A stretch of DNA of 64,000 nucleotides, from contig CAXXJV010000001.1 in assembly GCA_963663475.2 (NCBI GenBank), forward strand, positions 1,792,001 to 1,856,000. Direction: 5' to 3'. The translations under genes were made by a program, and so were the position numbers. The DNA is from Candidatus Cloacimonadales bacterium. GTDB lineage: Bacteria > Cloacimonadota > Cloacimonadia > Cloacimonadales > JAFGVF01. Shown here in pieces: positions 39,630 to 50,096 of this stretch. The notes below the pieces were generated by a model. It was given only the letters and a program-made list of their open reading frames with translations, was not told the DNA's origin and ran no database searches. Position 1 is the first letter of the stretch. Each line of letters begins with the position of its first letter.

Positions 39630-41740
39630 GTTTGCCCAGAATGTTATCTGAGCCGATGGACTGAAAGAAGTCCTGACACCCAACTGACAGGAAGTCAATC
39701 TGAGGTCAAGGGCGTTGCTGGCAACGGCAGGGTCTGAAGTAAGACGCAGGAAGAATGTGGAACATAGCGAAAGTGAACTGAATTTGGTTTATGTAGTGGG
39801 TAACTTTTCAAAAAGTGAGGACGCCCAAATGTCAGTCGACTACATGGATTATAACAGATGGATTTGCATTCAGGTAGGATAGCTTAACTGGGGAAGCCTG
39901 TTAAAGTCTCTAAAAGAGTAACTATGACTTCAAGCTGAAAGGCAAGAGTTGTATCAAGCTTTAGCAGGTGGCAGATGATTCCGTAGTAGTGATAAACCTT
40001 TTGCCAATGAAGGCTGGTGACAGACTGGAGGATAAAACAAAAGGGACAATATTCATAGTAATATTGAGGAATATGACTCAAAAGGTCATAATTCATGCGA
40101 AGGGATGAAGATAAACCAAAGAATGAACATGTTGAAAGAGTATTTTCTTAAAAGTAGGAAACGAAGAGAATCGCTAGATTCAAGGCTCGGATAGACGGTG
40201 GTGAGTACCTTCTTTCTATCACGACCTTACGAGACTGAGTAGATGAAGTTAATAAAGGATAATAGTCAAAACCTGAAAAATCTTTGATAAAGATTGCATA
40301 GAGCTAAAAACGTCAAAGGTCTTCATTGAATAAACTGTCATTTGAAAGTATAAACTTAATTTTGTTTATTGTGAAAAAGGAGAAACTAAATGAAGAAATG
40401 GTATAGTTTAATTGATAAAGTTTACTCGAAAGGTAATCTCTATGAATCTTTTCAAAAAGTAAAGAAAAACAGAGGTGTAGCTGGTATAGATAATATTACT
40501 ATATCAAAATTTGGGGAAGACCTTCAAGAGAACTTAGAGAATATTCATTTAGAATTGAAAAGTGGGAATTATATCCCATCACCTGTAAAACGGGTAGAGA
40601 TACCTAAAGCAAATGGTAAGATGAGACCATTAGGGATACCTACTGTAAAAGATAGAATCGTACAGCAGGCAATAAATAACATCATCCAACCGATTTTTGA
40701 ACCTGATTTTCATCCGCAAAGTTATGGCTACCGACCTAACAAAAGTTGTCAAAAGGCAGTGGCTAGAGCACAAGTATTAATGGTACGTGATGAACTTCCT
40801 TATGCAGTAGATATGGATTTATCCAAATGTTTTGATACATTAAATCATAAATTCATAATGCAATCATTAAACAGGAAAATTAGTGACGGGACATTATTAA
40901 AGCTGATAGAGGGAATCTTAAAATCTGGAGTTATGCAAGAAGGTAAGTATAGTGAAACAGAAATAGGGAGTCCACAAGGAGGGGTAATCTCTCCACTTCT
41001 TATGAACATATATCTTGATAGCTTTGACCAAGAAATGAAGAGTCTAGGAATTGAGATAGTCCGTTATGCTGATGATATATTACTTTTTGCCAAGACTAAG
41101 AAGAAAGCAGAACAATATCAACGAATTGCGGTTGAATACCTAAACTCTATTTATCTCATCGTGAATGAAGAAAAGACACATATTGCAAGTGTATTAAATG
41201 GAGTAAAATATCTTGGTTTTGAGATACATGAGGAGTATGTCAAAATAGAAGATAAGAGGGTAAAAGCGTTCAAAGATAAAATTCGGACACTGACTCCACG
41301 AAATAGCGGAATTAATGTTGAGACTATGATTAAAAGACTCAATCCGATATTGAGAGGTTGGTCGAATTACTTTAGAGTAGCAAATTGCAAAGGAGTCTTT
41401 CAGTCTTTATTATCATGGATAAGGCGACGGCTAAGAATGAAGAAAATGCGGGAATGGAAAAGTTGGAAAGCTTTACACCAACAACTTAGAAGAGTAGGTC
41501 ATAAAAGTGATTTTCCGAAAATATCTATGACTCACTGGAAGAATTCTGGTTGTTACCATATTCACAGAGCTCTACCTAATGAGTGGTTTGAGCAATTAGG
41601 ATTATATGACTTACTATCGAAACCCACAGGTGTTTTATTTAATTATTATGAATAATTACAAGGTTTATCAGGAGCCGTGTACGAGACCCGTACGCACGGT
41701 TCTGTGAGAGGGATGGTGCTAACGCACCACCCTACTCGAT
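39630..41740 (+). mobile_element. Group II intron, class C-like, inserted right after a terminator
   Basis: 5' gtttgcccagaatg; short domain V 41672-41702 with CG bulge; domain VI ending ctactcgat; 5' boundary is inferred. Confidence 0.88.
40390..41655 (+). CDS. ltrA: Group II intron reverse transcriptase/maturase without endonuclease domain
   Basis: RPLGIPTVKDR, SYGYRP, DLSKCFD, PQGGVISP, RYADD, RGWSNYF. Confidence 0.95.
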   Translation: MKKWYSLIDKVYSKGNLYESFQKVKKNRGVAGIDNITISKFGEDLQENLENIHLELKSGNYIPSPVKRVEIPKANGKMRPLGIPTVKDRIVQQAINNIIQPIFEPDFHPQSYGYRPNKSCQKAVARAQVLMVRDELPYAVDMDLSKCFDTLNHKFIMQSLNRKISDGTLLKLIEGILKSGVMQEGKYSETEIGSPQGGVISPLLMNIYLDSFDQEMKSLGIEIVRYADDILLFAKTKKKAEQYQRIAVEYLNSIYLIVNEEKTHIASVLNGVKYLGFEIHEEYVKIEDKRVKAFKDKIRTLTPRNSGINVETMIKRLNPILRGWSNYFRVANCKGVFQSLLSWIRRRLRMKKMREWKSWKALHQQLRRVGHKSDFPKISMTHWKNSGCYHIHRALPNEWFEQLGLYDLLSKPTGVLFNYYE

Positions 41741-41757
41741 ATTATTCAAAATTCAGA

Positions 41758-42504
41758 TTATTTTGCTTTACCTTGGTTAGCTACAGCTGCTTGAGCCTTA
41801 GCTATTTCATCTTGATTACCTAAGTATTTACTTGAAATAGTTTTCATATCTTCATCTAATTCATAGACTAATGGAATACCAGTAGGAATATTTAATTTTA
41901 AAATATCCTCATCAGAAATATTATCCAAGTATTTTACAAGAGCTCTTAAACTATTACCATGGGCTGCAATAATTAATCTCTTACCAGCTTTAATATCAGG
42001 AACAATATGTTGTTCCCAGTAAGGAATAACTCTGGCAACAGTATCTTTAAGGCATTCGGTTAGAGGTAATTGCTCTGGGGATAAAGCTGCATAACGGGGA
42101 TCATTGCCAGGGTATCTTTCATCTGATTTTTCTAAAGCAGGAGGTGGAGTATCATAAGATCTTCTCCAGATAAGTACCTGCTCATCACCGTATTTTTGGG
42201 CAGTTTCAGCTTTGTTTAATCCTTGAAGAGAACCATAATGACGTTCATTTAATTGCCAAGCACGTTCAACAGGAATCCACATTAAATCTAAGCCTTCTAA
42301 AGTATGCCATAAGGTTTTAATTGCTCTTTTTAATACAGAAGTATAAGCCTTATCAAAGATAAATCCTTCTTCTTTTAACAGCTTTCCTGCAGCAATTGCT
42401 TCTTTATTACCCTTGTCAGATAATTCTACATCTGTCCAACCTGTAAATCTATTCTCTTTATTCCATTGAGATTCACCATGTCTAATTAACACTATTTTAT
42501 ACAT
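41758..42504 (-). CDS. gpmA: 2,3-bisphosphoglycerate-dependent phosphoglycerate mutase
   Basis: [31 protein letters not shown]. Confidence 0.97.
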   Translation of the reverse strand: MYKIVLIRHGESQWNKENRFTGWTDVELSDKGNKEAIAAGKLLKEEGFIFDKAYTSVLKRAIKTLWHTLEGLDLMWIPVERAWQLNERHYGSLQGLNKAETAQKYGDEQVLIWRRSYDTPPPALEKSDERYPGNDPRYAALSPEQLPLTECLKDTVARVIPYWEQHIVPDIKAGKRLIIAAHGNSLRALVKYLDNISDEDILKLNIPTGIPLVYELDEDMKTISSKYLGNQDEIAKAQAAVANQGKAK

Positions 42505-42561
42505 AATTTTCCTTTTTAACCTTTATTGTCTCTCTATAAACGAGATTTTTAGAAATATCTG

Positions 42562-43107
42562 TTAGCACTCTATTTTGGTATCAATATTTTTATACTTTAT
42601 CCCACCATCATTACGTTCTTCTTCACGAGCCATAATGTAAAGAAGGTCAGATAATCTATTAATGAAAGCAATAATGTTAGGGTTAACTTGTGTATGATTA
42701 TTTAGTTCAATAATCCTGCGTTCAGCTCTACGGGCAATTGTTCTACAAACATCTAACTTAGCTGATTGGAGAGTGTTACCTGGAACAACAAAACCTTTTA
42801 GCTCAACCTTAGCTTCAAAATGATGAACACAGTCTGTAAGTTTATCAATATCACTAGCTTCAATAGGGCTAACAAAGTCTTTTTCTACTGAGGCTAATTG
42901 ACCCATTATGCGCATTAACTTATTCTGAACCTCTTCAAGAACATCATGAACCTGTTTCAATTTAACGAAATGCTTGGCTTCTCCAATATGGGAATCAAGT
43001 TCATCTACTGTTCCGTAGGACTCTACTCTAATGTCCGATTTCTTTATTCTCTGACCAGACCATAAGCTGGTCATTCCTTTATCGCCACCCTTAGTAGATA
43101 TACTCAT
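42562..43107 (-). CDS. PduO-type cob(I)alamin adenosyltransferase
   Basis: TKGGDKGMTSL, YGTVDEL, RTIARRAER, NRLSDLL. Confidence 0.9.
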   Translation of the reverse strand: MSISTKGGDKGMTSLWSGQRIKKSDIRVESYGTVDELDSHIGEAKHFVKLKQVHDVLEEVQNKLMRIMGQLASVEKDFVSPIEASDIDKLTDCVHHFEAKVELKGFVVPGNTLQSAKLDVCRTIARRAERRIIELNNHTQVNPNIIAFINRLSDLLYIMAREEERNDGGIKYKNIDTKIEC

Positions 43108-43114
43108 AATAGGA

Positions 43115-43486
43115 CTACTTTGTAGCTGTTACAGAGATTTCTACAAGTCCACCTAAAGGTAATTCAGCTACTTGGAAAGCATAACGAGCAGGGAAAGGAG
43201 CTTTAAAATATTTGGCATATATTTCATTAACAATTTTAAACTGAGCTAAGTCTTTTAGAAATACTTCAGCTTTAACAACGTGCTCAAAACCCATTTCTGC
43301 TTCGGCTAAAATAGCCTTTAGATTAGAAAAAACACGTTCAGCTTGGGCTTCAAAACCTTCTTCAAATTTACCTGTTTCAGGATTGATTCCTAACTGACCT
43401 GATACGAATAAAAAACCGTTTGCTATTACTGCTTGTGAGTATGGTCCGACTGCTGCCGGAGCTTTATCTGTTGCTATAACTTTCAT
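43115..43486 (-). CDS. ridA: RidA/YjgF family enamine deaminase
   Basis: APAAVGPYSQA, SGQL, PAR, LP.G.LVEI. Confidence 0.9.
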   Translation of the reverse strand: MKVIATDKAPAAVGPYSQAVIANGFLFVSGQLGINPETGKFEEGFEAQAERVFSNLKAILAEAEMGFEHVVKAEVFLKDLAQFKIVNEIYAKYFKAPFPARYAFQVAELPLGGLVEISVTATK

Positions 43487-43918
43487 TGAAAATCTCCTAT
43501 ATTTATTATTTTAATACATATTAATTTTAAGGGCTTAGATGTCAAATGAAAAGTTAGATTCAAGGTTAAGATAAGTGAGATTTGTTATGAATAAGCAAGA
43601 AGAATAGGTAGCGTTCTGTCAATATACAGAAAAATATTTTTCAAATTTAAGGCAAGTTTAATTCTAGCTAATCTGACTAAAGTCTTATTTATATTTTACT
43701 AGATAAGGATTAATTTAATCTTAGAGTTATTTAACTGATTACAGAAAAAAGAGTATTTATTTTTAATAGTAAAGTAATATTAGACAGTAGGTAAAGACTC
43801 TTTTTATGGCTGAAGTTAACAAGAAAAGTTAATTTTTAGTTAAGAAAATCTTGACAAGTAGAATTACAATAGCAATATTTACACTGTAATTTATAAAAAC
43901 ACTAAGAAGGAAGGAAAA

Positions 43919-44623
43919 ATGAAACGCTTTTTAGCACTTTTACTTGTCGTATTTTCTATTTCTCTAGTCGCACAAAACTTACAAGTTCATTATGATTTCG
44001 GAGCTACTTCTGATGATCAAGAAGCTGGTTACCGTGAACACTTTACCACAACTGTCGAAATGTTTAAATTTGACCAATGGGGTTCCACATATGCTTTTAT
44101 CGATTTTGATTATAAAGATCAAATTGAAAGAAACAGTGCTTCTGGAGCTTATTGGGAAATTACTAGAATGTTTAATATCCCTCAGGTTAAGGGACTTCAA
44201 GCTGGTATTCAGTACAATGATGGATTAGGTGTTGGTAGTAGTTTTGGCAACGTCTGGTTAGCAGGTGTTCAATACCCAATCGATCTCAAAGTAGTAACTC
44301 TCTATACCAGTGCTTGGTTAAGAGATGCTGAAAATCAAGATCCTAATTTCCAAGTTACTTTAGTTTGGGAAAAGAAGTTCTTACAAGATCAAATAGTCTT
44401 TGCTGGTTTCTTAGATTTCTGGGGACAAGACAATGCTGATTTTGATGAAGATGGCGAAGATTCTCAATTTGTTCTCTTAACTGAACCTCAAATTTGGTGG
44501 GACTTACCTTGGCTTGATCCACTTTCAATTGGAACAGAAGTTGAACTCAGTCAAAACTTCATTTTTGGTGCTAATGATGATTTCATGGTTTGCCCTACAC
44601 TTGGCGTAAAGTGGGATTTCTAA
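43919..44623 (+). CDS. DUF5020/Tsx-like outer-membrane nucleoside channel
   Basis: Signal peptide; QNLQVHYDFG, TTTVEMFK.D.WGSTY.F.DFDY, EPQIW, C-terminal F; precedes a nucleoside ABC operon. Confidence 0.75.
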   Translation: MKRFLALLLVVFSISLVAQNLQVHYDFGATSDDQEAGYREHFTTTVEMFKFDQWGSTYAFIDFDYKDQIERNSASGAYWEITRMFNIPQVKGLQAGIQYNDGLGVGSSFGNVWLAGVQYPIDLKVVTLYTSAWLRDAENQDPNFQVTLVWEKKFLQDQIVFAGFLDFWGQDNADFDEDGEDSQFVLLTEPQIWWDLPWLDPLSIGTEVELSQNFIFGANDDFMVCPTLGVKWDF

Positions 44624-44638
44624 ACTAGTTAATTTTTC

Positions 44639-44666
44639 GAGCGGACTTTAGTTCGCTCATTTTTTT
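44639..44666 (+). terminator. Terminator-like hairpin
   Basis: gagcggac-ttta-gttcgctc-attttttt. Confidence 0.65.
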
Positions 44667-44693
44667 ATTAAAATTTATTAAAGAGAGGATAAA

Positions 44694-45776
44694 ATGAAAA
44701 GATTAATCTTAGGATTATTGGTTATTAGTTTGATTCTAGTAGCTGGTTGCGGTGGAGAAAAAGCCAAAGATGATTCCAAATTAAAAGTTGGCTTTGTCTA
44801 TATTGGCCCAGTTGGTGATGCTGGTTGGACATATGCTCACAACGAAGGTAGATTAGCAGTTGATAAAATGGATATTGTGAAAAAAACTATCTTTGCTGAA
44901 AATGTTAAAGAAAATGCTGAATCTGAAAGAACTATCAGACAGATGGCAGACCAAGGTTGTGATTTAATTTTTACAACTTCATTTGGTTTTATGGATTATA
45001 CACTTAATGTTGCTCAAGCATATCCAGACAAAACTTTCATGCATTGCTCTGGTTATAAAACAGCTGATAATATGTCTGCTTATTTCGGTAAAATGTATCA
45101 AGCAAGGTATCTTGCAGGTATTGCTGCTGGTAAAATGACCGAAAAGAACCTTATTGGTTATGTTGCTCCTTTCCCTATTCCTGAATGTACTCGCTTAGCT
45201 AACGCTTTCTACCTTGGTGTAAAAAGTGTAAACCCAGATGCTAAAATGAAAATAGTTTTCGTTAATTCTTGGTATGATCCTGCTAAGGAAAAAGAATATA
45301 CTCTTTCCTTAATTGACGCAGGTTGTGATTTAATAGCTCAACATGCAGACTCTGCAGCCCCACAACAAGCTGCTGAAGAAAGAGGTGTCTGGGCAATTGG
45401 TTATAATACTGATATGAGAGATTTTGCTCCAACTAAAAACTTAACATCAACTGTTTGGCATTGGGATGTTTTCTATACAGACGTTGTTGAAAAAGTTCAT
45501 AACAAAACTTGGGAATCAGGAAACTACTGGTTAGGTATTGAAACTGGTATTGTTGGTTTAGCACCATTTAGTCCTGATGTTCCTCAAGATGTTGTTAAAC
45601 TTGTTGAAGCCAAAAAACAAGAAATGATTGATGGTACTTTACATGTATTTGCTGGTCCTTTATCAGATAATAAAGGAGTTGAAAAAGTTCCTGAAGGTAC
45701 ATTAATGACTGACGAAGAACTTATTCAGTTTGATTGGTTTGTTGACGGAATTTATACAGAAACAATTAAGCAATAA
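44694..45776 (+). CDS. BMP family nucleoside ABC transporter substrate-binding lipoprotein
   Basis: Lipobox VAGC; KVGFVYIGPVGDAGWTYAH, TSFGFMD, SWYDP. Confidence 0.92.
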   Translation: MKRLILGLLVISLILVAGCGGEKAKDDSKLKVGFVYIGPVGDAGWTYAHNEGRLAVDKMDIVKKTIFAENVKENAESERTIRQMADQGCDLIFTTSFGFMDYTLNVAQAYPDKTFMHCSGYKTADNMSAYFGKMYQARYLAGIAAGKMTEKNLIGYVAPFPIPECTRLANAFYLGVKSVNPDAKMKIVFVNSWYDPAKEKEYTLSLIDAGCDLIAQHADSAAPQQAAEERGVWAIGYNTDMRDFAPTKNLTSTVWHWDVFYTDVVEKVHNKTWESGNYWLGIETGIVGLAPFSPDVPQDVVKLVEAKKQEMIDGTLHVFAGPLSDNKGVEKVPEGTLMTDEELIQFDWFVDGIYTETIKQ

Positions 45777-45800
45777 TTAATTATGATATAATTATAGAGG

Positions 45801-45836
45801 TGAGGAAAAGCAATAAAACGCTTTTCCTCATTTTTT
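45801..45836 (+). terminator. Terminator/attenuating hairpin after the BMP gene
   Basis: tgaggaaaagc-aataaaac-gcttttcctca-tttttt. Confidence 0.75.
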
Positions 45837-45905
45837 ATTTCACAAAAACAAGATCTTAAATTATTTAGGTATTATGATAATAAAATAACAAAGTAGAGGT
45901 ATATT

Positions 45906-47459
45906 TTGCAGACCGATAATAATCTAATTGTTGAGATGAAAGCTATTACCAAAAGTTTTTTTGGCAATAAGGCCAACGATAATGTTAGTTTCTCACTCAA
46001 AAAAGGAGAAATTCATGCTCTTCTAGGAGAAAATGGTACAGGCAAAACAACACTAATGAACATATTGACTGGTGTTTATGAACCTGATTCTGGAGAGATA
46101 ATCTATAAAGGCAAAAAATTAACCTATTCCTACCCAGGTCAAGCCCTTGAACTAGGCATAGGAATGGTTCATCAACGTTTCTCTTTAGTAGGAAGTTTAA
46201 CTGTCTTAGAAAACATTATCTTAGGGAATCCTAAGAACAAAATTTATCTTAATACACCAAAGATAAAGCAAGAACTTGAAAAATATGCTGAGGAATATAA
46301 GTTTCAAGTTGATTTAGATGCTACTGTCGAAAAACTACCAATCGGCTTGATGCAAAAGGCTGAAATCCTCAAAATGTTGGTAAGAAATGTAGATGTTCTG
46401 ATTGTTGATGAACCTACGACAGTTCTAACTAAACAGGAGACTGACAACTTATTAGTAAATCTTAAGAAAATAGCTGAATCAGGTAAATCTGTAGTTTTTA
46501 TCTCCCATAAAATGAAGGTAGTAAGAAGAATTGCAGATAGAATAACTGTTCTAAGAAAAGGTAAACTTATTGGCACAGTATTACCTGATGAAGTTACTCC
46601 AGAACAATTATCAATGATGATGGTAGGTAAGCAGAGTGGGGAAGTATTGACAAGAAAAGAACTTCCCAAACAAGATAGAATCCTAGCGGTTGAAGGTCTG
46701 CATGTTCATTCTGATAAAGGCTTATTAGCTGTTGATTCATTATCATTTGAGATGAGTAAGGGTGAGATTCTTGGTATTGCAGGTGTATCAGGTAATGGAC
46801 AAACTGAGCTTTCTGAAGCAATAGTTGGCATGCGAGAAATGCGGGATGGTAAAATCTGGTTCAAAGATAAAGTAATCAATAAACTCAGCGTTAAAGAAAA
46901 AATAGGCATGGGCATTAGTTATATTCCTTCAGATAGAATTCATGTAGGAGTTGCAGGTCAAAGACCTACTTGGGAAAATATCTGTATGAAGGTTTACCGC
47001 TACAAAAAATATAGTAATTTATTAGGTTTAAACAGAAAAATGATGAAGAATTATGCCGAAGATATAGTAAAAAAATATGATATAATTCAACCTGGTATAG
47101 AGTTTCCTTCACTTCTTTTATCTGGGGGGAATTTGCAGAAGGTGATTATTGGGAGAGAGATTGAAGCCGAAAGTGATCTTTATATCTGTGAATACCCAAC
47201 AAGAGGCTTGGACGTAGGAGCTACAGAGTTTGTCAGAAATACAATTCTAGAACTGAGGAATCAGGGCAAAGCTGTCATTTTGATATCAGGTGATTTAGAT
47301 GAGATATTTATGTTAGCAGATCGTATTGCCGTAATGCATTCAGGTAACTTTGTTTCTGTATTCCCTAATGGTAAATATGATGTTACCCAAATTGGATTAA
47401 TGATGAGTGGTACTTTAGAACATGAATTAGAAGTAAACAAAGGAGGTCTTGATGTATAA
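45906..47459 (+). CDS. Nucleoside/sugar ABC transporter ATPase with two NBDs
   Basis: GENGTGKT, DEPT, GVSGNGQ, LSGGNLQK, PTRGLDVG. Confidence 0.92.
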   Translation: MQTDNNLIVEMKAITKSFFGNKANDNVSFSLKKGEIHALLGENGTGKTTLMNILTGVYEPDSGEIIYKGKKLTYSYPGQALELGIGMVHQRFSLVGSLTVLENIILGNPKNKIYLNTPKIKQELEKYAEEYKFQVDLDATVEKLPIGLMQKAEILKMLVRNVDVLIVDEPTTVLTKQETDNLLVNLKKIAESGKSVVFISHKMKVVRRIADRITVLRKGKLIGTVLPDEVTPEQLSMMMVGKQSGEVLTRKELPKQDRILAVEGLHVHSDKGLLAVDSLSFEMSKGEILGIAGVSGNGQTELSEAIVGMREMRDGKIWFKDKVINKLSVKEKIGMGISYIPSDRIHVGVAGQRPTWENICMKVYRYKKYSNLLGLNRKMMKNYAEDIVKKYDIIQPGIEFPSLLLSGGNLQKVIIGREIEAESDLYICEYPTRGLDVGATEFVRNTILELRNQGKAVILISGDLDEIFMLADRIAVMHSGNFVSVFPNGKYDVTQIGLMMSGTLEHELEVNKGGLDV

Positions 47460-48504
47460 AGTTGTCCTAGAACAAAAAGAGAGAGTTTCACAGAATAAAG
47501 AACTATTATTCAATATTATAGCTATTTTTGTAGCTCTAATTCTCTCAGGCATCATTCTAGCTTTTTACGGTTTTAATCCCTTTACATCATTTGCAGGAAT
47601 GTTTAAAAGCACCTTTGGTAGTATGTTTGGCTTTAGTGAGACTATTGTAAAAACTATTCCTTTAATTTTTACCGGACTGTCTGTTGCTATGGCCTTAAAC
47701 AGTAAAGTTTGGAATGTGGGAGCTGAAGGACAATTATATATTGGTGCCTTATTTGCAGCTATTTTTGCTATCTATTTTCCTACTTTACCTAAAATATTTC
47801 AGATTCCTATGATATTACTTGTAAGTATGATTGGTGGAGCTTTATGGGCATTCTTCCCAGCTATTCTTAAAATGAAATTTAAAATGAATGAGGTGATTTC
47901 AACTCTCTTACTTAATTATGTTGCTATCAGTATTTTAGATTATTTTGTTTATGGCCCAATGAAAAGAAAAGATAATTTTCCTTTTTCAGAAGATATTCCG
48001 CCTGAAGCAGTTTTTAATAAAATAGGTTTTCAAAATGTTCATATAGGAATCTTCTTTGCTTTAATTCTGGTTTTGATAATTTACTATGTATTAAAATATA
48101 CTAAGTTTGGTTATGAATTAAGAATTATTGGCTCAAGTATCAAGGCAGCTCATTATGCAGGAGTTAACTATGAGAAGATGATGCTTTTTGTATTCTTGCT
48201 TAGTGGTGCTTTTGCAGGACTTGCTGGTGCAAATCAATTATGTGGAATTGAATATAAATTACACTCCCATATCTCAGATGATTTAGGTTATACAGGTATT
48301 ATTGTGGCCTGGTTAGCAAGATCAAATCCTTTTATGATTGTCGCCTTTGCCTTCTTTATGAGTTCTTTGATAATTGGTTCTGAAGCCCTACAATATGAAG
48401 GAGTTCCTGTTGCTATCGGTAAAGTTATGCAAAGTTTGATACTATTTTCCATTTTAGGAAGTGAATTGTTTAAAAATTACAGAGTTAAAATTAAAAGAGG
48501 TTAA
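47449..48504 (+). CDS. Nucleoside ABC transporter permease
   Basis: NVGAEGQ, GYTGIIVAWL. Confidence 0.9.
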   Translation: MMYKVVLEQKERVSQNKELLFNIIAIFVALILSGIILAFYGFNPFTSFAGMFKSTFGSMFGFSETIVKTIPLIFTGLSVAMALNSKVWNVGAEGQLYIGALFAAIFAIYFPTLPKIFQIPMILLVSMIGGALWAFFPAILKMKFKMNEVISTLLLNYVAISILDYFVYGPMKRKDNFPFSEDIPPEAVFNKIGFQNVHIGIFFALILVLIIYYVLKYTKFGYELRIIGSSIKAAHYAGVNYEKMMLFVFLLSGAFAGLAGANQLCGIEYKLHSHISDDLGYTGIIVAWLARSNPFMIVAFAFFMSSLIIGSEALQYEGVPVAIGKVMQSLILFSILGSELFKNYRVKIKRG

Positions 48505-48506
48505 GC

Positions 48507-49451
48507 ATGACTTTTTACGAAATTATTATTACCCTGTTAGTTTCTGCCATAAAGAGTGGTACAATTGTTATTTTCGCCACTGTGGGTGAGATTTATACTG
48601 AACGCTCTGGAATCTTAAATTTAGGTGTGGAAGGTATGATGTTACTGGGAGCTTTTGCTGGATATGCAACAGCTGTTATGACACATAACATCTTTCTAGC
48701 CTTTCTGATAGCAGGTCTTGTTGGATCTTTAGTTGCGCTTATTCATGCTTTTATTACAATTACACTCAGAGCTAATCAAGTTGTATCTGGCTTAGCTCTT
48801 ACCATGTTTGGTGGTGGTGTATCCTCATTCCTAGGTAAAGGATTTGTTAAAATGCCTCTTCCTGAAAGTGTTAAATTATGGACTCTTCCCATTAAGATAC
48901 CCCTTTTAGGTGATATTCCTGTAATTGGACAAGTTTTGTTTAATCATAACATTTTCGTTTATATTTCCTATTTTATTCCTATAATTGCCTGGTTTGTCTT
49001 GAGTAAAACAAAATGGGGTTTGGCTATTAGATCAACTGGAGAAGAACCATTAGCTAGTGAAATTATGGGTATAAAAGTAATCCGTGTTAGATACCTATCT
49101 ACCTTGTTAGGAGGCCTCCTCTGTGGTATTTCAGGCGCTTATCTGTCAATTGTCTATTCTTCCTTGTGGGGAGATGGAATGACGGCTGGTAGAGGTTGGA
49201 TTACTATTGCTCTCGTTATATTCTCAAACTGGAGACCTATGTATGTCTTTTTGGGAGCTTATCTCTTTGGGGGAATGGAAGCTATTATCCCAAGATTACA
49301 GGCCTTTGGTGTTGAACTATCTCCACAACTCTTAAAGTCTGTACCTTATATCTTTACCATCCTCTTCTTGTTGATCATTCAGTTAAGAGGGACAAGATCT
49401 AATATGCCTAAGAACTTAGGAAATGCTTACTTTAGAGAGGGTAGAGATTAG
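48507..49451 (+). CDS. Nucleoside ABC transporter permease
   Basis: ERSGILNLGVEGMM, TAGRGWI. Confidence 0.9.
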   Translation: MTFYEIIITLLVSAIKSGTIVIFATVGEIYTERSGILNLGVEGMMLLGAFAGYATAVMTHNIFLAFLIAGLVGSLVALIHAFITITLRANQVVSGLALTMFGGGVSSFLGKGFVKMPLPESVKLWTLPIKIPLLGDIPVIGQVLFNHNIFVYISYFIPIIAWFVLSKTKWGLAIRSTGEEPLASEIMGIKVIRVRYLSTLLGGLLCGISGAYLSIVYSSLWGDGMTAGRGWITIALVIFSNWRPMYVFLGAYLFGGMEAIIPRLQAFGVELSPQLLKSVPYIFTILFLLIIQLRGTRSNMPKNLGNAYFREGRD

Positions 49452-49463
49452 TTACAAGTTTCT

Positions 49464-49633
49464 ATAAACCCAAATAGTGCAGTAGACCTTTGTGAATAGC
49501 AGAATATTCTTCTGCAAAAGTAAGATCCATAATTTCTCCGAATATATAAATTATATGCGTCAAAATTCTGTAAGCTATTTTGCTAGAATAATCTGCACTC
49601 TTCACTAAAACTCGACTACACTATCTGGGATAA
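49464..49633 (+). repeat. TTAA palindrome family, full-length copy C, followed by a partial hairpin (49640-49683)
   Basis: Near-identical to copies A and B; lies between convergent genes; terminal TTAA is degenerate (ATAA) here. Confidence 0.9.
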
Positions 49634-49691
49634 AAAAAAGCAGTAGATCTTAACAAAGATCTACTGCACCAATTGCGTTTAAATTTCAAAA

Positions 49692-50078
49692 TTAATTGTG
49701 ATGAAGTCTAAAAGTATGAGGCAATATTTCCTTCAGAGAAGTTTCAACTATCTTATCATCATTACCATAATAAATAGCAATATCTTGGCCAAATTCAGCT
49801 AATACTTGCCTACAAGCACCACAAGGTGGGAATATCTTATCTGAATCTACATAGATTGCTATCTCAACTATCTTGTTATCGCCATTGCTTACCATATTGA
49901 AAATAGCATTTCTTTCAGCACACATGGACAGTCCGTACGAAGCATTTTCTACATTGCATCCTTGATAAATATTTCCTGTATCTGTCAACAGAGCTGCCCC
50001 AACTCTAAAGTGAGAATAGGGAGCATAAGCCTTTTGAGCAACTTCTTTAGCAATTGCAAAAAGTTCTTTATTAACCAT
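49692..50078 (-). CDS. cdd: Cytidine deaminase (homotetrameric type)
   Basis: AYAPYS.FRVGAA, NVENASY, CAER, PCGACRQ. Confidence 0.95.
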   Translation of the reverse strand: MVNKELFAIAKEVAQKAYAPYSHFRVGAALLTDTGNIYQGCNVENASYGLSMCAERNAIFNMVSNGDNKIVEIAIYVDSDKIFPPCGACRQVLAEFGQDIAIYYGNDDKIVETSLKEILPHTFRLHHN

Positions 50079-50096
50079 TATTTATCCTTTGTTAAG

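Noticed and set aside
40390-41655. RT as a DGR, retron or defence RT
   Set aside because: It has group II intron RT/X motifs and is followed by clear domains V and VI.
43490-43918. Purine riboswitch upstream of the nucleoside operon
   Set aside because: Very AT-rich and no purine aptamer core motifs recognised.
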